Assembly: GCA_918234285.1 (NCBI GenBank)
Contig: CAKJXZ020000028.1
Location: 1-64,000 of the forward strand
DNA: 64,000 bases
Direction: 5' to 3'
Source: Pseudomonadota bacterium
GTDB lineage: Bacteria > Pseudomonadota > Alphaproteobacteria > RF32 > CAG-239
Part shown: piece after piece, positions 58,154 to 64,000 of the stretch
Layout of the letters: each line of letters opens with the position of its first letter
How positions within the stretch are numbered: position 1 is the first letter of the stretch
Program-made: the position numbers and the translations under genes
Notes under the pieces: model-generated
Database searches by the model: none
What the model was told of the DNA's origin: nothing
The model's input: the letters and a program-made list of their open reading frames with translations, nothing else

Positions 58154-58398
58154 TTGACAAAATCCACAATAAGCCATATACTGACCTTACTTATTTAAGT
58201 ATTAGGGATGATTTTATGTTTATTTTTGGGTCGTTTTTGAAATTTCTTTCAAATTCCGGTTTATGAATGAATGTGAAAGATTCTTTATTGCTGAAGATGA
58301 GCGTTGTTTCGGATGAGCGTAAAGCTCTGTTTCCGCGGAACGACAAACCTTTTATTCATATCCCGATTGGAAACTAGGGTGCCAAAATTTTTACAACT
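58154..58398 (+). promoter_or_regulatory. sigma70 promoter plus ~210-nt structured SD-less leader
   Basis: TTGACA-17bp-TATACT at 58154-58182; nested stems TTTTGG/CCAAAA, TATGAATGAA/TTTATTCATA, GTTGTTTC/GGAACGAC and GAGC/GCTC. Confidence 0.7.
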
Positions 58399-59556
58399 AT
58401 GGCAAAGAATTTCAAAAACAATGGAGTTATGGGCACTGTAAAGGAACTCGGTGCCAGAGTGTGGGCAATTGGCAAGTTGATGGTCGGTGTGCTTCTCGGT
58501 ATAGGAGCCGCTATTCTGTGGACGGCAGTTTGCCTGGTAGGGTTTATTATCAGCCCGCTGTGGTTTCCCGTGTGCTGCATTAAGGCGCCGGAAAGTACGG
58601 CATTGAGCTTGAATTGCTCTCTCTCCAAGCATAAGGGAGAGGGGTTGTTCAACTACTTCTACCTTGTACTTACGGTGCTGTTCCGCATCTGCGGTTGGCT
58701 CTATGCTCCGCTGATTAAGGTACTGCCGATGAAGTACCGTGCGGAGTTTATCCGCAACGGCAAAAAGAGGGTGTGTGAATATCCGACCAAAGTTCAGGTA
58801 GCCTACTATAAGTCGCACTGCGACGAAAGTAAGCAATCGCTTCTTGGAAGCGGCGTATTCACTCCGGAGGCACGGGCAACCATTTGGCAGGACAAAAGTG
58901 AGTGGGAGAATTGGATTTTATCAGGTCTGACCCTTACCAAAAGTCAAGTCATTGACATGATTAAGGCTGGTGCAACCAACCTGCTGTGGTCGTACTTCAA
59001 GAACAACACCCCGAGCAAGGAAATGTTGGTTATCTTGTGCGACCACGCCGGTCAGGGACATGGTTCTGCCCAAGAGATCTTAGTGAAACTGGTTCGCCAG
59101 CAGCGACCGAGCAAAGAATTGCTCGCTCGCATCCACGGAACCTGTCAGACTCGTTTCATTGAGCGCGTCAATGAGATTCTTGATTCCTACGCCGACATGG
59201 ACGCGGTAAACTTCAGTATTTCTGAGGTTTATGGTGAACTCTCGGACGAAGAGAAGCAGAAAATTGTGGACGAACGGTGGGCGAATTTCTGTAAGGTGAA
59301 GAAGAGTATTTCTTTATCCGCACAGAAAAAGATGAACCACGCACAGTTCAAAGCGTTTATCGCTTCAGGTCACCGCTTAGAGTACTATGCTCTTTTGCAT
59401 TTGCTCCTCAACATAAACAATGAGGAGTATCTCAAGGAGGTGATTTCGACCGAGCTGGAACACATCCAGGATAACAGGATCCTGTCCGCTCTTAAGGCCG
59501 ATTACTGGCGTTACAGTTGCTACAATGCGGTGGTCAGCGAGAAGAACGCCGCATAA
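58399..59556 (+). CDS. Orphan protein with two N-terminal TM segments and a helical body
   Basis: 385-aa ORF; GAG/AAG/CAG-rich codons; own promoter and terminator. Confidence 0.8.
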   Translation: MAKNFKNNGVMGTVKELGARVWAIGKLMVGVLLGIGAAILWTAVCLVGFIISPLWFPVCCIKAPESTALSLNCSLSKHKGEGLFNYFYLVLTVLFRICGWLYAPLIKVLPMKYRAEFIRNGKKRVCEYPTKVQVAYYKSHCDESKQSLLGSGVFTPEARATIWQDKSEWENWILSGLTLTKSQVIDMIKAGATNLLWSYFKNNTPSKEMLVILCDHAGQGHGSAQEILVKLVRQQRPSKELLARIHGTCQTRFIERVNEILDSYADMDAVNFSISEVYGELSDEEKQKIVDERWANFCKVKKSISLSAQKKMNHAQFKAFIASGHRLEYYALLHLLLNINNEEYLKEVISTELEHIQDNRILSALKADYWRYSCYNAVVSEKNAA

Positions 59557-59568
59557 AACTCCGTAAAT

Positions 59569-59606
59569 AAAAACACCCTTTACCGAGACGGTAAGGGGTG
59601 TTTTTT
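59569..59606. terminator. Bidirectional terminator
   Basis: AAAAACACCCTTTACCG-aga-CGGTAAGGGGTGTTTTT. Confidence 0.88.
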
Positions 59607-59625
59607 GTTTTAAAAATCGTTTTTT

Positions 59626-60102
59626 TTATGGTCGATATGCGGCAATCAAAGGAGTAAATTCCGCTCGCGCTTTTTCGTAGGCTTCTTTTTTAAAATCCAC
59701 AATCAAATCGCAAGCGGTAGCAAAATCGTTCCATTGATAATCGCAAAATTCCGGCTCGGCGGTTTGCAAATCAATCTCCGCATCATCGCCGTCAAAAAAT
59801 ACCAGCGACCAATAAATATCCTGCCCGATATTCTTAAAGCCGCGCTGTTGCATTTTGGCGATAATCTGCGGCGGAAAAGTGTAGCGCGCCGGTGTTTCCA
59901 ACGATTTTACCAACACCACGTCGGTTAGCGAAGTTTCCTCTTTCAGCTCGCGCAGAGCAGCCTGAGCCACCGATTCGCCAGCCTCAATACCGCCTTGCGG
60001 AAATTGCCAGGAATCAGCCACGTCGTTGCGCTTGCATAAAAGCACCTGCTCGCGGCGATTAAACACGACAATACCGGCATTGCGGCGATATAATTCCGCC
60101 AT
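59626..60102 (-). CDS. rppH: RNA pyrophosphohydrolase
   Basis: YRRNAG, WQFPQGG, Nudix box ALRELKEET, and IVDFKK..Y. Confidence 0.92.
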   Translation of the reverse strand: MAELYRRNAGIVVFNRREQVLLCKRNDVADSWQFPQGGIEAGESVAQAALRELKEETSLTDVVLVKSLETPARYTFPPQIIAKMQQRGFKNIGQDIYWSLVFFDGDDAEIDLQTAEPEFCDYQWNDFATACDLIVDFKKEAYEKARAEFTPLIAAYRP

Positions 60103-61442
60103 TAATTTTCACCCTCGGCTTTTTTGTTTTCATCAGCCGATTTGGCCGCAACCACGTTGTTATCGTTCTGGCCGTAAATGTAGAGCGCCTTTACCAAATC
60201 GAGAGCGCGTACCAACTGATAATCTTTTTTATCTGCCTCTCTCTTTTCTCTGGCTTCCTTATCTTCGCCGTTATCATTGGCCTGTTCGTTTTTCAATGCG
60301 CCCTTCAAATCGGCTTCGCTCAAATTATAGGCGGTGGATTCGATTTCTTCTACTCTGGCCTGTTTAACTCTGACATCCGGTTCAATGCCTTTAGCTTGAA
60401 TCGAACGTCCCGACGGCGTATAATAGCGTGCGGTCGTAATGCGCATGGCAGCATTGTTGCGGAGCGGAATAACAGTCTGCACCGAGCCTTTACCGAACGA
60501 TTTTTCACCCAAAATTACCGCGCGATGGTGGTCTTGCAATGCACCGGATAAAATTTCCGCCGCCGAAGCGGAACCTTCGTTAATCATTACCACAATCGGC
60601 AACCCTTGCGCAATATCGCCGGCGGTGGCGGAATATTTAATCGTATCTTCTTCGTTGCGAGAACGGGTAGAAACGATTTCGCCCTGTTCCAAGAATAAAT
60701 CCGATACTTTTACCGCCTGGTCAAGCAAGCCGCCCGGATTGTTGCGCACATCGATAACAATTCCGGAGAGCTTGTTTTTCAGGTCTTTCTGTGCCTTTTC
60801 CAAAGCCTTGGTAATATCTTTATCGATGTCTTCGTTGAAAGCGGAAATACGGATGTATAAAATATCATTATCCTTCAACTCGCTTTTTACCGATTGAATT
60901 TTGATTTCATCACGTTTCAAGGTTACGGTAAACGGCTTAGTATTAACGCGGCGAATGGCAATTTTAACTTTGGTACCGACCTTGCCGCGCAACTTGCTTA
61001 CAACTTCATTCAGAGTCAGACCGACTACTGTTTCGTCATCAATATCCGTGATGTAATCGCCGGCCAATAATCCGGCTTTTGCCGCCGGTGTATCATCTAT
61101 CGGCGAAATGATTTTAACAATGCCGTTTTCCATGGTGATTTCAATGCCTAAACCGCCGAACTTGCCGCTGGTTTGTTCGTTCATATATTTATAATCCTGC
61201 TCGTTCAAATAGCTGGAGTGCGGGTCGAGCGAAGTCAACATACCGTTTAAGGCGGCCTCAATCAGCTTTTTATCCGTAACATCTTCAACATACGAGCCTT
61301 TGGTGCGTTCCATCACTTCGCCGAAGATATTCAGCAGCTCATAGGTGCTGATTTGGTCATCTTTGGTTTCGGTTTTAGCCAAGACCGCACCGGAAAATAA
61401 ACAACCGGCAAGTGCATAAATTATAAGCGATTTCTTTAGCAT
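60102..61442 (-). CDS. ctpA: Carboxy-terminal processing protease (S41, with PDZ)
   Basis: LDPHS, FGGLGIE, D.RNNPGGLL, SASAAEI and FGKGSVQ. Confidence 0.95.
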   Translation of the reverse strand: MLKKSLIIYALAGCLFSGAVLAKTETKDDQISTYELLNIFGEVMERTKGSYVEDVTDKKLIEAALNGMLTSLDPHSSYLNEQDYKYMNEQTSGKFGGLGIEITMENGIVKIISPIDDTPAAKAGLLAGDYITDIDDETVVGLTLNEVVSKLRGKVGTKVKIAIRRVNTKPFTVTLKRDEIKIQSVKSELKDNDILYIRISAFNEDIDKDITKALEKAQKDLKNKLSGIVIDVRNNPGGLLDQAVKVSDLFLEQGEIVSTRSRNEEDTIKYSATAGDIAQGLPIVVMINEGSASAAEILSGALQDHHRAVILGEKSFGKGSVQTVIPLRNNAAMRITTARYYTPSGRSIQAKGIEPDVRVKQARVEEIESTAYNLSEADLKGALKNEQANDNGEDKEAREKREADKKDYQLVRALDLVKALYIYGQNDNNVVAAKSADENKKAEGEN

Positions 61443-61454
61443 AGTCTTATTCCT

Positions 61455-62669
61455 TTAGTTAGTAGAGAGCCAATCGGCCGGATTGACCGGATGATTGTTT
61501 TTTCTGATTTCCATGTGTAATTTTATATTGCCGGAGGTTGGCATCGTACCCACCGGTTCTCCGGCCAAAAGTGTTTGTCCGACTTCGGCATCGGTATCGC
61601 CCATACCGCTCAGGAGAGAAGTATAACCGTCGCCGTGGTCAATGATAACCAGGTTGGCAAAATTCTTAAACGGTCCGGCAAAGATAACGGTGCCGTCATA
61701 CGGTGCGGTAACCTGCGCGTGCGAAGCGGTCTTAATATCAATACCGTTAGACTTCACACCTTTGGAAAGTTCCTGCATAAATGACGTAACAATCGGTCCG
61801 CGCGCCGGACGGGAGAGCTTGCCCTTAGCCGAAGCAAAATTGGTCGAACCCTGCGGTTTGTAAGCATCGCGACGCTCCTCACGCAAGTCGTCGGCCGCGC
61901 GCTGTTTGGCCAAACGCTCTTTTTCCGCCATTTGTTTGCGCTGTAATTCTTTTTGTTTTTCGAGTTTATCCAACAAATCGCGCAAGCCGCTGGCCTGACT
62001 CGCTAATTTTTCGGCGCGTTGCTTGGCTTCTTTGCTTTGCGACGAAATTTGGCTGTACATCTCGCTCTTTTGTTTGGAGAGTTTTTTCATTTCGTCGTGT
62101 TGTTCCGCCAACTGCTGGTTTTCAACTTCCAAATCTTGCAGGCGCTTGGCAATTTCGGCTTTTTGCGCATTAATATCCTCAATTCCCTGACGGATTCTCT
62201 CGGCGCGGTCCTTTAAAGCATGAACGCTGCTGCGGAGCAAAATACTGCTGCGCATAACCTCAACCGGTGACAGCGGCTGGGCCAAAATGGCCTCGGAAGG
62301 GCGTAACGCCAGATTTTGCAAGGCCGATAACGTTTCAATCAAAATACCGTGGTCAACGCTGAACGCGGCTTCCGATTCGCTCAAATGTTGTTGCAAAACT
62401 TCCAAATCTTCCTGTTTTTTGCGTACCTCGTCTTCGCCGTTTTGAATTTTTTTGGCGGCGGCAATCATCTTTTGATTAACACTGCCGAGTTCGGTTTTAA
62501 TTTTTTGCGCTTTGGCTTCCAATGCGGCACGCTCTTGTGACGCTTTTTTGGCCGCGGCCTCGGCCTTTGCCACTTCGGCAGCGGATACCGAGTCGGTCGG
62601 TGCGGCCGAAACTTCGGTGGCAAGCGGCAAAGCCAAAATCAATAAAAGCGGCAGAGTTCTGTAATTCAT
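61455..62669 (-). CDS. envC: Murein hydrolase activator EnvC (coiled coil + degenerate M23)
   Basis: Long coiled coil; NGIDI, V.APYDG.V.FAG, IIDHG and L.MEIRK; located between gpmI and ctpA. Confidence 0.88.
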   Translation of the reverse strand: MNYRTLPLLLILALPLATEVSAAPTDSVSAAEVAKAEAAAKKASQERAALEAKAQKIKTELGSVNQKMIAAAKKIQNGEDEVRKKQEDLEVLQQHLSESEAAFSVDHGILIETLSALQNLALRPSEAILAQPLSPVEVMRSSILLRSSVHALKDRAERIRQGIEDINAQKAEIAKRLQDLEVENQQLAEQHDEMKKLSKQKSEMYSQISSQSKEAKQRAEKLASQASGLRDLLDKLEKQKELQRKQMAEKERLAKQRAADDLREERRDAYKPQGSTNFASAKGKLSRPARGPIVTSFMQELSKGVKSNGIDIKTASHAQVTAPYDGTVIFAGPFKNFANLVIIDHGDGYTSLLSGMGDTDAEVGQTLLAGEPVGTMPTSGNIKLHMEIRKNNHPVNPADWLSTN

Positions 62670-62677
62670 CGCGTTTC

Positions 62678-64000
62678 CTATTTTTCCAAAAGCGAATGTC
62701 CGGTCATTTCCGGTGCTTTTTCAATACCGAGCAAATCCAAGAGTGTCGGGGCAATATCGGCCAAACGACCGTTGCTCATACCTTTTATGTCGCTCGGAGC
62801 GTTGTATAAAACAGCCTGTACTTTGCCGACGGTGTGCGCCGTGTATGGCTGACCGGTAGTTTCATCCACCATTTTTTCAACATTACCGTGATCGGCGGTA
62901 ACCAGCAAAATGCCGTCGACTTTTTTAATGGCGCGCATAACTCTTTCCAGCGATTCGTCAACAGCGGCAACCGCTTTTAAGGCAGCACTCATCACGCCGG
63001 TGTGTCCAACCATATCACCGTTGGCAAAATTGCAAATTATGGTATCATATTTTTGGCTTTCGATAGCTTCAACCAGTTTGTCCGTAACCTCAAAAAGGCT
63101 CATTTCCGGTTTTAAATCATAAGTCGCAACTTTCGGGCTGTTTATCAAAATACGGTCTTCGCCTTCAAACATACGCTCTTCACCGCCGTTAAAGAAAAAC
63201 GTGACGTGCGCATATTTTTCGGTTTCGGCAATACGCAATTGCTTCATGCCGTGATTGGAGATAATTTCGCCGTAAATGTTTTTCAGTGCTTCCGGTGCAA
63301 AAATCGTCTTCATAAAGCGATTGTGATCAACCGAATATTCGGTCATACCGACGCTCATTGCAAATTTAACGATTTTGGCACGGGCAAACCCTTCAAACTT
63401 TTCATCGGAGAGTGCGTACAAAATTTCACGAGCACGGTCGGCACGGAAGTTTGCCATCAAAACGGCATCTCCGTCATTTGCTCCCTGATAATCACCGATA
63501 ACGCACGGTACCACAAATTCGTCGGTTACATCAGCGGCATAAGAGGCATCCATGGCTTCATCGGCTGTGGCATAACGCTTGCCCTCGGCCGAAATAATGT
63601 TGTTATAGGCTAATTCCACTCTGTCCCAACGCTTGTCGCGATCCATAGCATAAAAGCGGCCGGAAAGCGTAGCCAGTTTAACGTGTTCCATATTTTTAAC
63701 CGCTTCCGTAAATTCATGCAGAAAGCCCTTAGCAGAAGTCGGCGGAGTGTCGCGCCCGTCCAAAAAAGCATGAACGGCAACATTTACACCGTTTTTATTC
63801 AAAATTTCGCACAATGCGACGATATGTTCTTGGTGCGAATGCACACCGCCCGGCGACATCAACCCCATCAAATGGCAGGTTTTACCGCTTTGTTTAAGTG
63901 TGTTTATCAGTTCAACCACTACCAGATTTTGCTCCAATGTATGATTTTTGATTGCCTGATCAATTTTCGGTAAATCTTGCATTACGACGCGGCCTGCACC
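62678..64000 (-). CDS. gpmI: 2,3-bisphosphoglycerate-independent phosphoglycerate mutase (5' end outside the window)
   Basis: GGVHSH, DGRDT, AMDRD.RW, AETEKYAHVTFF, DMVGHTG and TADHGN. Confidence 0.97.
   Translation of the reverse strand, partial: GAGRVVMQDLPKIDQAIKNHTLEQNLVVVELINTLKQSGKTCHLMGLMSPGGVHSHQEHIVALCEILNKNGVNVAVHAFLDGRDTPPTSAKGFLHEFTEAVKNMEHVKLATLSGRFYAMDRDKRWDRVELAYNNIISAEGKRYATADEAMDASYAADVTDEFVVPCVIGDYQGANDGDAVLMANFRADRAREILYALSDEKFEGFARAKIVKFAMSVGMTEYSVDHNRFMKTIFAPEALKNIYGEIISNHGMKQLRIAETEKYAHVTFFFNGGEERMFEGEDRILINSPKVATYDLKPEMSLFEVTDKLVEAIESQKYDTIICNFANGDMVGHTGVMSAALKAVAAVDESLERVMRAIKKVDGILLVTADHGNVEKMVDETTGQPYTAHTVGKVQAVLYNAPSDIKGMSNGRLADIAPTLLDLLGIEKAPEMTGHSLLEK

Noticed and set aside
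1862-59556. Diversity-generating retroelement, retron or prophage
   Set aside because: No reverse transcriptase, TR/VR pair, integrase or phage structural genes were seen.

Overview
Chromosomal segment of an AT-leaning alphaproteobacterium. The assignment rests on ptsP-rodZ-hisS-prfA, prmC-DUF4167, an alpha-type rpsB leader, gpmI-envC-ctpA-rppH and a CtrA-like box. The pilin style and orphan genes suggest an uncultured gut/rumen lineage such as RF32, which is inference only. Most of the window is housekeeping, envelope and translation genes plus tRNA-Ser(GGA) and tRNA-Leu(GAG). Several conserved operons lack their usual biosynthetic members (ispG, ispE, pdxA, lptG), consistent with reduction and host dependence. 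Main observations: (1) a dispersed class of orphan genes with native sigma70 promoters, no Shine-Dalgarno, A-rich Bacteroidota-like start regions, shifted codon usage and long G.U-rich rod-like 5' leader hairpins, which look transcribed by this cell but formatted for another organism's ribosome (hypothesis); (2) a stand-alone CD38/ADP-ribosyl-cyclase-like NADase coupled to a YgjV-family membrane protein; (3) a complete type IV pilin transcription unit between ~180-bp direct repeats built of covarying 44-bp palindromes; (4) orphan effector-like proteins, including a CHAP/NlpC-like amidase with an Arg-rich C-terminus. No CRISPR, integrase, transposase or reverse transcriptase was seen. All family calls come from motif recognition by eye, with no database searches.
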